Shown: positions 34,821-45,692 of the stretch, one piece after another
Numbering within the stretch: the stretch's first letter is position 1
How the letters are laid out: every line of letters begins with the position of its first letter
NCBI GenBank assembly: GCA_963845755.1
Contig: CAWJTV010000019.1
Span: 320,001-384,000, forward strand
DNA length: 64,000 nucleotides
Direction of reading: 5' to 3'
Origin: an uncultured Planctomycetota bacterium
GTDB taxonomy: Bacteria > Planctomycetota > Planctomycetia > Isosphaerales > Isosphaeraceae
The notes under the pieces: generated by a model
Told to the model about the DNA's origin: nothing
Database searches by the model: none
Seen by the model: only the letters and a program-made list of their open reading frames with translations
Made by a program: the position numbers and the translations under genes

Positions 34821-35222
34821 TCAGGACCTGCTCGACTGACGAACAACCGCAGGTCGCTTCGCCGCGCGCGCCGTTGCTATCGGACCAGACATCCCCGCTA
34901 CCTCGAACAGGCCCGATGGGTCATGACGAAACACCTGGATCAGCCTCAAGGCCGCCTGCGACGGCTTCCGATGGCCCTGTTCCCAGCTCTGAACCGTCTT
35001 GGGCGACACGTTGAGCAGTCGAGCGAAGACGGCCTGGGACATGCCGCTCGCGAGTCGGATCTTCACCAGTTCCTCGGCGCCGATCTCCGGCGGCCGGTCG
35101 GGCAATTCGAGGGTCGTGGTTTTCAGGATGATCTCGCCTTTCGCGTGGCGGATCGCTTCTTCCAGGCCCTTGCGGATCTGATCCGCGACCGGGAGCCGTT
35201 TCCGCTGGTCCTTCATATTCAT
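34821..35222 (-). CDS. higA: HigA-like XRE/HTH antitoxin
   Basis: IRLASGMSQAVFARLLNVSPKTVQSWEQGHRKPS; lies directly downstream of the RelE-like toxin. Confidence 0.85.
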   Translation of the reverse strand: MNMKDQRKRLPVADQIRKGLEEAIRHAKGEIILKTTTLELPDRPPEIGAEELVKIRLASGMSQAVFARLLNVSPKTVQSWEQGHRKPSQAALRLIQVFRHDPSGLFEVAGMSGPIATARAAKRPAVVRQSSRS

Positions 35223-35576
35223 TCACACCTTTCTCGCTCGGCGAGTCCGATCTTTGAGTATCTGGACGAGCTGACGGTAGAGTTTCTTGTCGTCCGCCGA
35301 GAGATCGTCCTTCTGATCCTTCCCGTAAACTGTGATGAGATGGATCTGGTCCACCTCCTCGAGGTGCAAGTAGATCACCCTGACCCCGCCCCGTTTTCCC
35401 TGACTCCGTCTCGGGTCGGCGACCCGCATCTTCCGGAGACCCCCGCAACCTTGCACAACCGCGCCCGCATCGGGATCATTCAGCAACTCTCGCTGCAAGT
35501 CGGAAAGCGTTTCGTCGGACAAGTGCACCTTGACCCATTCGGTGAACTCTCTCGTTTCGACGAACGTCTTATTCAT
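35223..35576 (-). CDS. higB: HigB/RelE-family toxin
   Basis: FVETREF..LQRELLNDPDAGAVVQGCGGLRKMR..GKRGGVRVIY..YGKDQKDDLS. Confidence 0.88.
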   Translation of the reverse strand: MNKTFVETREFTEWVKVHLSDETLSDLQRELLNDPDAGAVVQGCGGLRKMRVADPRRSQGKRGGVRVIYLHLEEVDQIHLITVYGKDQKDDLSADDKKLYRQLVQILKDRTRRARKV

Positions 35577-35905
35577 TCTATCCTACATTGTGGGACAGAG
35601 ACGGCTCGATGCATCCCCTTCAGAAGGAGCAGTGACACCGACGAGCCTTCGCGACAGTGACGCTTGCCAGACATCCTCCTCGATCTCGAGGAGAGTGCTG
35701 GACCTCTCGACGGGCGGATTCGTTGAACCTTGTAGGGAGAGCTGAGCCATTAGAAACGCCCTCACCAAGAATGCGATGATACGTTCGGAACCTAATGTCG
35801 GGCCATCCTAAAAAACGCTTGATCCACACCACGGATCGATACGATGACCTGCGGCCGGGCGTTCGTTGTCAGCCATTGCGGAGCCTTTAGACGGTGAAGG
35901 TCCAT

Positions 35906-38197
35906 CTACTCGGGTAACACTTCGATCGTGATCTCTTGAAACTGAAGGACCGAGTCACCCCAGACAACGAAGGCGATTCCCCCTGAGCCGTACCACCCGG
36001 AGGCGTCCATGTACTCAGCGACCTTCTTGCCGTTCACCGAAGTGGAAATCCGATTCCTGATGGCTGTGATATCCAGTGTGTTCCATACATCGGCAGCGAC
36101 AGGAACCGATTCGGCCCGCTTCTCCCAGGCAATGCCGTGCCAGTAGGGATGATTACTCATTTTCGTGATACTCCCAACAGGTGTCTGCTCCCTGTCGATG
36201 GTCGGCCACAATCCACGACGGACCAAATAGCCGTTTCTGTTATCGCCCACGGGAGAGCGGCGAATCTCAATGTTCCCGCCTCCTCTTTCTTGGTGATCGT
36301 CCTCACGGAATTTGATGCGGAGATGAAAGTTCGCGAAGTCTTGCCGTTGAGCGACGAGGACGGCCGCTTTCCCATTCCCTTTGCCCTCCAGTACACCACC
36401 TACCATCCTCCATTCACCGCCGTTGTCGTATGCTATATCCCAGCCATCCAAATCCTTACCGTTGAACAGCGATACAAAGCGCCCCTGATCGCCTTTCTCA
36501 GGGGCCCGCGCGACGGGAGGCTCGATTCGGACGTTCGTCCCCTTGTTGCCTCCCTCTCGGACGGTCATATCATTTCCGGATTCCTCAGTTCTACCCTGCT
36601 TCACTTTCAACCCTTGTCCGCCGGGAAGCGGTGTGATCTCCGTGGGAGCCCCGCCTCCCGGCGGCTGGACCTTGACCGTTCCGTTGTCAACGATGACTTC
36701 TGACTGATCCGGGGCGTTCTTCAGGACGATGTCTCCATCCTTCGTCTTGATTCTGATGACGACTGCCCATGCGACGAAGAACGCCGTGATCAGGATTCCC
36801 GCGGCCACCGCCGGCCACATCCACGAGGACGATCGTCGACCCGCTCCGTCCACCGATGGATTGGTCTTGGCTGACGCAGATTCCGTCTGCCGCAGATCGA
36901 TCAAGCTGTCCCACATTGGTGCTTCGTGCGGCGTCCCCGTTGTCTTCTTGGATGTGGTCAAGGTCGCAGGTGGCAAGTTCTCCGCAGGCTCAGCCGGCAT
37001 CGATTCCGCCCTCGCTGCAACCGATTGTCCTGGTTGAGAGACCTCCGGCTTCGATCCCACGGCCCCAAGGGTCCCCGCTTTGAAGAACGGCTTGAGCGCC
37101 TGCGCCACCCCTTTGGGCTCCTGGAACCGCCGCTCAGGCTCCTTCGCCATCATCTTACTCACTACGGCCGCCAGCTCCGCAGGCACTTCCGGCCGCGCCA
37201 GGTTCAGTGGTGTCGCCTCCATCGAGTGGTGCGCCTGGAAAAGTTCGTAGAGGCTGTCGGCATGGAATGGTGGGCCGCCGGTCAGGAGGTAGTAGAAGGT
37301 GCAGCCCAGGCTGTAGATGTCCGCCCGGATATCGGCCTTGCGGGCATTGCTGATCTGTTCGGGTGCGATGTAGTCGGGCGTGCCCAGCATCTGTCCATCG
37401 TTTGTCAGGCTCCGATCCGTCGAGCCCTCGCTCCGGATCTTGGCCAGGCCGAAGTCGAGCACCTTGATCAGGGCGCGCTTGCCATCGCGAGTGAGCATCA
37501 AGTTGCTGGGCTTGATGTCGCGGTGGACCATGCTGTGCTCGTGTGCGTGCTGCAAGCCCAGCGCCGCCTGACCGATGAACGCGCAGGCGTTGGCCACGGG
37601 CAATGGCCCCTTGGCCTGGACCATCCGCGCCAGGTCGAGGCCCTCGACGTACTCCATCGCCAGCACGAGGCTCTCGCCCATGCGAATAGCTGCGTAGGCG
37701 GTGACCACGTGGGGATGGTGCAGCTTGGCGGCGTTGCGGATCTCGGCGAGGAAGCGGTCCAGGACGCCGCGACGATTGATCAGGTGGCTGCTGACGACCT
37801 TGAGGACCTCCTTCCGCCCCATGATCTTGTTCTCGGCCAGGTAGACGACGCCCATGCCGCCGCGGCCCAGTTCGCGGAGGACTTCGTAATCGGGGTGGTC
37901 GGCCAGGCCGGGTGGCAGCGTGCAGGCCGCGGGTGGGACCAACGAACGCGGCCCGGCGTCGAGCATCGAGAGTCCCGCCATCGAGGAGACGACCGGCGCG
38001 GGCGAATCGGGCCGGCCCTGGGCGCCGCGGAGGCGACCAAGGAAGCTATCCGAGGAGAGTTCGGCAACGCGGCGACGGCAGTCCGGGCACGACTCCAGAT
38101 GCTGGTTGACCGATTCGGCCGAGGCATCATCGAGCTTGCCCATCCCGTAGGAGGAGAGCGTCTGGTCGGTCGGGTGCAGGGCTTGCGGGGCGTTCAT
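35906..38197 (-). CDS. Ser/Thr protein kinase 1: zf-HC2 N-terminus, kinase domain, TM helix, C-terminal DUF1080-like domain
   Basis: HLESCPDC; LGRGGMGVVY; HRDIKPSN; DFGLAK; GTPDYIAPEQ; TM helix; FVSLFNGKDLDGW...WNTLDI..VNGK. Confidence 0.92.
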   Translation of the reverse strand: MNAPQALHPTDQTLSSYGMGKLDDASAESVNQHLESCPDCRRRVAELSSDSFLGRLRGAQGRPDSPAPVVSSMAGLSMLDAGPRSLVPPAACTLPPGLADHPDYEVLRELGRGGMGVVYLAENKIMGRKEVLKVVSSHLINRRGVLDRFLAEIRNAAKLHHPHVVTAYAAIRMGESLVLAMEYVEGLDLARMVQAKGPLPVANACAFIGQAALGLQHAHEHSMVHRDIKPSNLMLTRDGKRALIKVLDFGLAKIRSEGSTDRSLTNDGQMLGTPDYIAPEQISNARKADIRADIYSLGCTFYYLLTGGPPFHADSLYELFQAHHSMEATPLNLARPEVPAELAAVVSKMMAKEPERRFQEPKGVAQALKPFFKAGTLGAVGSKPEVSQPGQSVAARAESMPAEPAENLPPATLTTSKKTTGTPHEAPMWDSLIDLRQTESASAKTNPSVDGAGRRSSSWMWPAVAAGILITAFFVAWAVVIRIKTKDGDIVLKNAPDQSEVIVDNGTVKVQPPGGGAPTEITPLPGGQGLKVKQGRTEESGNDMTVREGGNKGTNVRIEPPVARAPEKGDQGRFVSLFNGKDLDGWDIAYDNGGEWRMVGGVLEGKGNGKAAVLVAQRQDFANFHLRIKFREDDHQERGGGNIEIRRSPVGDNRNGYLVRRGLWPTIDREQTPVGSITKMSNHPYWHGIAWEKRAESVPVAADVWNTLDITAIRNRISTSVNGKKVAEYMDASGWYGSGGIAFVVWGDSVLQFQEITIEVLPE

Positions 38198-38403
38198 GGG
38201 ATCGGTCTCCGACTTCGAGTCCGGATCGCGTTCGACGGGTCGATCACTCACACAAGAGAGAAAGGCGGTTAAGACGTGGGACCTGCCGCGAAAATGCGAA
38301 AAACTTTCGAACGATCGCCAGATTCTCGCCGTATCCTCTTGAAGCGGCTCGACTTCACCCTGATCTCGTTGTTTCGGGTTGGCCCCGATTCCGGAGCCGA
38401 TGG

Positions 38404-38718
38404 CTACCACAATCCGATCCGGCGCCGCACCGCGTCTTCGACGATGGTTAGTTGATCCGGCGGGAGGCTCCCCAGTTTGCGGACCAGTTTGGCGTGCGGG
38501 ACCGTGAGCATGTTCTGCGCATCGAAAACCCCGGCCGTAAGGAACCGGGACCGGACGGCGACCTCGAAATTCGACTCGCGGGCGCTGGTCGTGTGAGCCA
38601 CCAGCGTGACCAGCGCATCCTGGGGCCCGGCCGGAACGCTCAAGACCACGCAGGGACGGACTTTTCCGGCCATCCCCAGATCGACGATCCAGACCTCGCC
38701 GCGGTTAGGAGTAGGCAC
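38404..38718 (-). CDS. mazF: MazF/PemK-family toxin
   Basis: PNRGEVWIVDLG..KVRPCVVLS..LVAHTT..KLVRKLGSL. Confidence 0.88.
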   Translation of the reverse strand: MPTPNRGEVWIVDLGMAGKVRPCVVLSVPAGPQDALVTLVAHTTSARESNFEVAVRSRFLTAGVFDAQNMLTVPHAKLVRKLGSLPPDQLTIVEDAVRRRIGLW

Positions 38719-38899
38719 TTGCCGCTTCCTCCGCGTCGAGCGTGCAGAACAAGGCGTCCGCCGCTTCGAGCAGCACGTTCTCCGGCAATTCGTCTTCGGA
38801 TGGCCTCAGTCGGCGCAAGATCTCCACGGCCGCTTCCTGACGATCCGCGTCGGAGAGGCTGTCGAAGGTGTCGAGTAACGACTGAACGGCGGTTGTCAT
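38705..38899 (-). CDS. Small acidic protein, putative antitoxin of the MazF-like toxin
   Basis: 64 aa, acidic, overlaps the toxin start. Confidence 0.7.
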   Translation of the reverse strand: MTTAVQSLLDTFDSLSDADRQEAAVEILRRLRPSEDELPENVLLEAADALFCTLDAEEAASAYS

Positions 38900-39012
38900 G
38901 GGCTAAGACCCTCGATGAGGACAACGATGATTCGACTCCCTCGGTTTTACCCAGAACGACGGCGTGGCGAAACGATCCCCTCGAAATACCAGTCCCCCGG
39001 CCCGTCTCCTCC

Positions 39013-41331
39013 CTATTCCTGGACGTTCATCGCGTAAATGAAGAGAGTTCCCGACTTCACGAACAATCCGATCGCCCCCGTGTAATCACTGGCCGGAGGA
39101 GTCTTGCAGGCCAATTCCCACTTCTCCTGCTTGATGGCGACTCGCGCGATGTTCTCGCGGTGGATTTCGAACCGGATCAGGAACGACTTCTCGGGAGCGA
39201 AATGCTCCGGTTTCGTGTCGGACTCGGGAGGTTGGAAGTCGAGCGAGGGGTGCCCGACCTGGATCTTGCCCCCCTCATCCTTCACGCGTACCGTGATCGC
39301 CCGCCAACCGTTTGGACCGCGATGAGCCCGGAGCGCCAGGAATGCTTCCGTTCCCTGGGTCGCGGTCAGGGTGAGCGTGAGCGTGCGCGCGCTTGTAACT
39401 CTCGCGCTTCGTGAGCAGCAGGTTCCCGTTCGGCCCCGCCGAGAGGACCAGCGCCTTTTCGTTGATCTCGATGAAATCGGGGTCGCCGAACTGCCACGCC
39501 TTGAGTTTGTCCGCCGTCAGGGTCGGCCAGATGCCCCCGCGGGGTTGGCCACCGTCGGGATTGGCCAGCCGCTCGACCCCGGCGTGGACGCGCAACTGCC
39601 GGATGTCCAGCGCTGGCTTCACGACGGTTTTCTCGAGGTCGAGCAGACCATTCCCTACGGAAGCCTTCATGATGTTGAGGGAGGGCTTGGAAGTGTTGAG
39701 TTCTGGTACGGCCGCGGAAGTCGTGGCTTTCGGGACGTCCGCGATCGGTACGACGCCTGCCTCACCGAGCCGACTTTCCTGAGCGATCCGCGCCGGGGGC
39801 ACGTACCGACCGGAGTGAGCGTCATCGCTCGGTTTCTTGGCACCGCCTCGATCCTCAACTTCCGATCGCGTTGCGCCGACAAGCTCCGGTGGATCGTTAT
39901 TGCGGCTTTGCCGCCCCGGGGCGAAGCCGAGCGTCCAGGTCATGGCGAGGCCGAGCAGCAACGCACCACCCGTAATGCACGGCCACAGCCAGGGCAAGCC
40001 TTTCGCCCCTCGCTGGATCATCGCGGACTGCTCCCCGGAGAGGCCCTCCTTCCGCCCGAGGTCGATCATGTCCAGGGCCTGTCCGGGATGCGCGGGCTTC
40101 GCCTGCTTCTCAACCGCCGGCGCGGCGGTTGTCGCTACCTTCGGAGGAAGTGCGGCCGCTGGACTCGCGACGGCTCGCTCGGCCGGGGACGCTTCGTCCT
40201 TCGTCTCCCCCGGCTTGAAGAACGACTTGATCGCCTGAGCCACCTCGCCGGGAGTCTGGAACCGACTCGCCGGCTCCTTGGCCATCATCTTGGCCACCAG
40301 GGCCGCCAGCTCCACCGGCACCTCCGGCCGCGCGAGGTTCAACGGCGTCGCGGTCATCGAGTGATGCGCCGTGAGATCTCGGAGAGGCTGATGCCCGAGA
40401 ACGGCGGGCGCGCCGGTCAGGAGGCAATACAAGGTGCAACCCAGGCTGTAGATGTCGGCGCGGATATCGGCCCCCTGAGCGTTGAGGCTCTGTTCGGGTG
40501 CCAGATAATCGGGAGTGCCCAGCATCTGCCCCTCGCGCGTCAGTCCACCCTCGCTCAGTGCCTCCTGCGTCGCCTTGGCCAGGCCGAAATCGAGGATCTT
40601 GATGACCGACCCAGTTCCCTGGCGAACGAGTATGAGGTTGCGGGGCTTGATATCCCGATGGACCATCCCGCGCTCGTGGGCGTGCTGGAGTCCCAGGGCT
40701 GCCTGGTAGACGAAGTTGCAGGCGTGGGCGACCGGGAGCGGCCCCTGGGTCGCGACCAGCCTGGCCAGGTCGAGGCCCTCGACGTACTCCATGACCAGCA
40801 CGATCCGGTCGCCCGCCCGCATCGCCGTGTAGGCGGTGACGAGGTTGGGGTGGTGGAGCTGGGCGGCGTTCTGGATCTCGCGGAGGAACCGGTCCGAAAC
40901 GCTACGACGATCCATCAGGTCCCGTCTGACGACCTTGAGCACCTCCTTGCGCCCCATGAGCGTGTTCTGTGCCAGGTAGACGACGCCCATCCCGTCACGG
41001 CCCAGCTCGCTGAGGACCTGGTAGCTGGGATGATCGGCCAGGCCCGGCGGGAGCGAATCGGCCGGCGGTTCGGCCGTATTGGTGGGGCCACCTGCCATGG
41101 ACGAGATCCCCGAGCACGACGAGTCGAGCGAAGGCGGCGAATCGGGCCGATTCGGGGCGTTACGAACCCGGACAGCAGAACGGTCTGAGGAGAGTTCGGC
41201 GACCCGTCGGCGACAATCCGAGCACACCTTCAGATGACTCCGGACCGACTCGGCCGAGCGCCGTCGAGGTTGCCCAGGCCGTGGGCGTGCAGCGTCTGGT
41301 CGGTCGGGTGCAGGGGTGGCGGTGCGTCCAT
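39013..41331 (-). CDS. Ser/Thr protein kinase 2 (several frameshifts; glycine loop reads GRDGMG)
   Basis: Starts MDAPPPLHPTDQTL, homologous to kinases 1 and 3. HLKVCSDC; HRDIKPRN; DFGLAK; GTPDYLAPEQ; TM helix; divergent C-terminal domain. Confidence 0.85.
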
Positions 41332-41386
41332 CGATCGGGCTTCCACTCCGGTTCAAACGGTCACTCGCCTGGCCAGTCGACGGCCG

Positions 41387-43910
41387 TCAGTCGGGCTTTG
41401 TCGTCTTGCTCGAAGGCATGGACAGAGAACTGCTCTTTGGGCTCTGTTTCAGCTTTGGCTTATTTGCACGACGATAGGCGTCGGGGTTAAGCGACAACAT
41501 CCTCTGCTTGTCCTTGATCTGCGAGAAGGCTTTCTTGCAAAACTCGGATGGTCCGATGAATAGAGGGGCTTTCCTCTGCTCCTTCAGGGCTTTGATCGCA
41601 TTCGTGACCTCCGTGTCCTTCTTCAGTTCCTCGTACTCCTGTGAGACTTTGTCGAAAATCGGTTTCAGCTTGTTGCTCTCCTCATAGAACTCCGCCCTCC
41701 TCGTCAGGAAGATCTCGCTGAGCCTGTCAATCCTGGCCTGACCTGGCCGACGCTTCACGGCGATTGCGAATTCCCGATTGGTGTTTCTCAGATTCGCGTC
41801 CGCAGCTTGTCGCTCCTGCTGCAGAGCCTGGCGGGCCGGCGCAGTCGCGGGATTACTCGGCAGGTTCCTGAGCTGCAAGTCCAGGTCATTGATGTAGGAT
41901 TGTAGGTTGATCCGTAGATCGTCGAGGCCCTGGACAAAGTTCTCGATCTGCACGGCCTGGGTCAGATCACTCCAGGCCCCTTCCGTCGCCTTCCAGTAGG
42001 GGACGAGCCTATCGTATCCGTCCCGGACCTGGTATTCCGTCGCGATGACGTAGAAGCGCCCTTCTTGCTTCAGGCCGTGTTTGGCAAGCAGGATGGCCTC
42101 GGGGGAGGAATCTTCGGACGATGGCTTGTCCTCGAGTTTTGCCTTCGAATCGAGAGTTTGGATCGGAGTAGGAACGGGTTTGGAGTCCGCGGGCTGCTCC
42201 TTCGCGGTCAGATTCGTACCGTTCTGAAGGCCCTCGTCGACGCGGCGCGTGTTCTCCGAATCGAAGCTCGCGACGACTTTCCGATCATGGCTCGCTGGTT
42301 TCGCCTTAGGTGACTCTGGGTCCGAGGGAATCGGATCCCACCGGTCCTTATCTCCGGCGCGGGGCGTCTCGGGCGGCCGTTCTCGCAGTGCCCGGATGGC
42401 CGGTCTTCCGAGTCGAGGTGGCCAGGGATGGAAGCGAATCGCTCTCGCCCTGATTCGTCTTCGAGTCGATGCTCAACTTCCAACCCACGGCGATCCCGAT
42501 GACCAGTAGGGCAGCGGCGGCCAGGGGCCACAACCAGGCCGGAACGCCTCGGCGTTCGCGCAGGGCGCGGACTTCCGCCGACAGGTCGGCTTGCGGATTG
42601 ATCTCGACGAGCGTGTCCCAGGCGGAATCGGGCGGCGTTGACGGTTTCGCCACCACCACTGCGGGGTCCAGTGATACGACCCTCGTCGTCGGCGCCGGAG
42701 CCTGATCCGCCCCACGCGATTGCGGGACGGGTGGCGGCGCATCGCCCCGGGAGAGCTCCGGCTTCGATGGCTGAGACGCCGCGGTCTCTTTCTTGAGGAA
42801 TGGGATCAGCGCCTGCGCCAGTCCCTTGGGTGTCTGGAACCGACGCTCCGGCTCCTTGGCCAGCATCGTGGCCACGAGGACCGCCAGCTCCATCGGCACG
42901 TCAGGACGCACGAGGTTCAATAGCGGCGCGTCCATCGAGTGGTGTGCCTGGTAAATCTCGTAGAGCGTCGTGGCCTGGAACGGTGGGCGACCCGTGAGCA
43001 ATTCGTAGAACGTACAGCCCAGGCTGTAGATGTCGGCGCGGATATCGGCCTGCCGGGCGTCGTTGATCTGCTCCGGGGCGATGTACTCGGGCGTACCCAG
43101 CCACTGGCCCGCGGCCGTGAGCGAACCGTCCGCGGTCCGTTCGCGTTTCACCTTGGCCAGGCCGAAGTCGAGGATCTTGACCACCGCGCGATTCCCGAAG
43201 CGGACGAGCATGAGGTTGCTGGGCTTGATATCGCGGTGGACCATGCCCAGCTCATGGGCGTACTGGAGCCCGAGCGCCGCCTGGTGGATGAAATAGCATG
43301 CGTGGACCACCGACAGCGGCCCCTTGGTCTTGACCGTCCTGGCCAGGTCGAGGCCCTCGACATACTCCATGGCCAGCACGAGGTTTTCGTCGAATCGGAG
43401 TGCCGAGTAGGCCGTGACGATGTTGGGGTGGTGTAGACGGGCGGCGTTGCGGATCTCGGCGAGGAAGCGGTCCATGACGCCAGGGCGGTTGATGAGGTGG
43501 CTGCTGACGACCTTCAACACCTCCTGGCGACCCATCAGCTTGTTCTGAGCGAGATAAACGACTCCCATGCCGCCGCGGCCCAGTTCTCGAAGGATTTCAT
43601 AGTCGGGGTGATTGAGCAGGCCCGGAGGTAACGTGTTGGCCGATTCCGGAATCGGTGAGCAGGCCCCGCCCGCGTTCGTCGCCGGGCCGTTGGTCGCCGA
43701 GTTGACCGGAGTGGGCGAGCCGGAGTTTTCCTGGGCGTCGCGAGGCCGACTCAGGAAGCTATCGGATGAGAGCTCGGCGACCCGGTGCCGGCAATCCGGG
43801 CATGTCTCCAGGTGTTTGTTGACAGCATCGGCCAGGAGGTCTTCGAGCTTGCCCAGGCCGTAAGCGTACAGCGTCGGGCCGGTCGGATGGTTCGCTTGCG
43901 TTGCGTTCAT
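41387..43910 (-). CDS. Ser/Thr protein kinase 3 with a helical/coiled-coil C-terminal domain; frameshift near 42400
   Basis: HLETCPDC; LGRGGMGVVY; HRDIKPSN; GTPEYIAPEQ; TM helix. The frame of ORF 41387-41953 stays open up to about 42420 and overlaps the end of the kinase ORF. Confidence 0.85.
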
Positions 43911-44447
43911 GAGATCGGTCTCCAACCTCGAGTCCGGATCGTGATTGATGGATCGATGACTCACACAAGATAGGAAGGCGGTCAAAACGCGGGACCTGCC
44001 GCGAAAACAGAAATTCTTTTCGAAGGATGTTCCTGATCGTCTGGTGACAGGCCAAGCCATCTGCCATAAGTGTTTTCCAAGGCGGTTGATCAGCCGGCTA
44101 TGGAATTCGTGGTCCCTCGGCCGACGGCTCGGGTATTCGGAACCGCGAACCTGACCCCCCGGTCAAGCCTGAGTTGACCCACGGCTCGTTCACAGGCACT
44201 CCCACACCGTACTACTGCCACGCGAGAAGCACGCATGGGTCGATGATTCGCTGCGAGCGGTTCTCTTCTCGGCGGCGGATCTCCCCGGTAAGATTACGAA
44301 GCACCTATACACGACACTGCGGAATGGACTTTCTCTGGACGTGGACTTCAGTCACACTCGCATCCGTACGGTGCGAGGACTGTTCTTGCCAGGTCGTCTC
44401 GCCAAGCGAGACGCCGGAAGCGCGGGACGTGCCGCGAAAACGCGCGA

Positions 44448-45030
44448 TTATTCGAGGAGGTCGCCGGCTTCTTGCCGTAACCGCTTGAGGATCCTGGACT
44501 TGGCCTGAAGGACGGCGTTCTCGGTGAGCCCCAGTTCCTCGGCCACGCGCGCGGCTGGGAGGCCTTCCAGGGTGAAGCGGCGGAATGCTTCCCAGGTGGT
44601 CGGCTGGAAGTCATCGTGGACGATCGCGATCAGCCGCTCGAACACGTGCCGGTCGTGGTCCTGATCCCACTCGCGGGCCAGTTCGCTGTTCGGCGCTTCC
44701 AGACGGTCCAGGAATCCGTCGGCCGGGTCCAGTCCGACGGCCGGCAATCGTCGCCGGCGCCTGCCGATGACTGCGGGTCTTGTTCACCGTGACCTGCCGG
44801 AGCCAGGCGCGGAAGGAGCCCTCGCGCCGACGCTCGAACCGGGGAAGCTCGCGGACCACGACGAGGAAGACCTCCTGGGCCAGGTCTTCGGCCTCGTCGC
44901 CGAGGCCCGGCACCCGCAACAGCCAGCGCCGGATCAGCGGCAGGTAGATCTCCTGGAGCCGTCGCCAGTCCGAACCATCCGGCCCGGCTGCTTTGAGCCG
45001 ATCCAGCAGACTGACGGACGTCAGAGTCAC
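44448..45030 (-). CDS. ECF sigma factor of the kinase-associated planctomycete type; frameshift near 44760
   Basis: TSVSLLDRL..WRRLQEIYLPLIRRW..AEDLAQEVF..REGSFRAWLRQVT; then DFQPTTWEAF..VAEELGLTENAVLQAKSRILKRLR. Confidence 0.88.
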
Positions 45031-45692
45031 CGGCGATGTCCTGATTGAAATTTGTGAGATCGCGATTTGAACGGGCATTATAGGCCGATGCACGGAGAAA
45101 TGCATCATGCGAGTCGGACGAATCCCAGGTCGTGAGAGCACTTCAATGGACGAGATCAAGCATGCATTATCAAATAATAGATTGAATATTGACATTTTTA
45201 TCGAACTTATACGGATTCATCGAGATCCTGGCTGTTCCACCTGTTCCTCCACCTGTTTTCAGGTCCGCGGTCCCCGCGGGCGCCGCATCGCGTCCACTCC
45301 GCGGTGTACGCCTTGGGCGGTGGGGCTCGAATAGAAAACCCGGACCGAATGAGGCTCAACCACCCTCGTTTTGCCGTTCGGGCACCATCTCCCCGCCGGG
45401 GAGGGGAGGACGAGCCTCCTCCCAAGCCGAAGGACTTCGTCGAGCCGACCCGTGATCGTCCGGCGCGATCCTCCCGGAGCGTGGATCTCCGAATCTCCGA
45501 TCGAATTCAGGAAACGCTCTTGACCGTATTCCAGGGAACGGCTAAGTTCCGCCCGCCGTCGGCTCATCTCGGCTCGGCGGCCGTCCGTCTCACAGGGACG
45601 TGGGTGGGCGAGGTTGTCGCGAACGACGCGGCTGGGTTCTCGAGTCGCGTCCGGGGGTTCTCCCCGACCGCTGCGCAAGGAGGCAGGTTCAC

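Noticed and set aside
34821..43910. Integron cassette array (TA modules between variable genes)
   Set aside because: No integron integrase is present, and no attC-like RYYYAAC...GTTRRRY structures were recognised between the genes.
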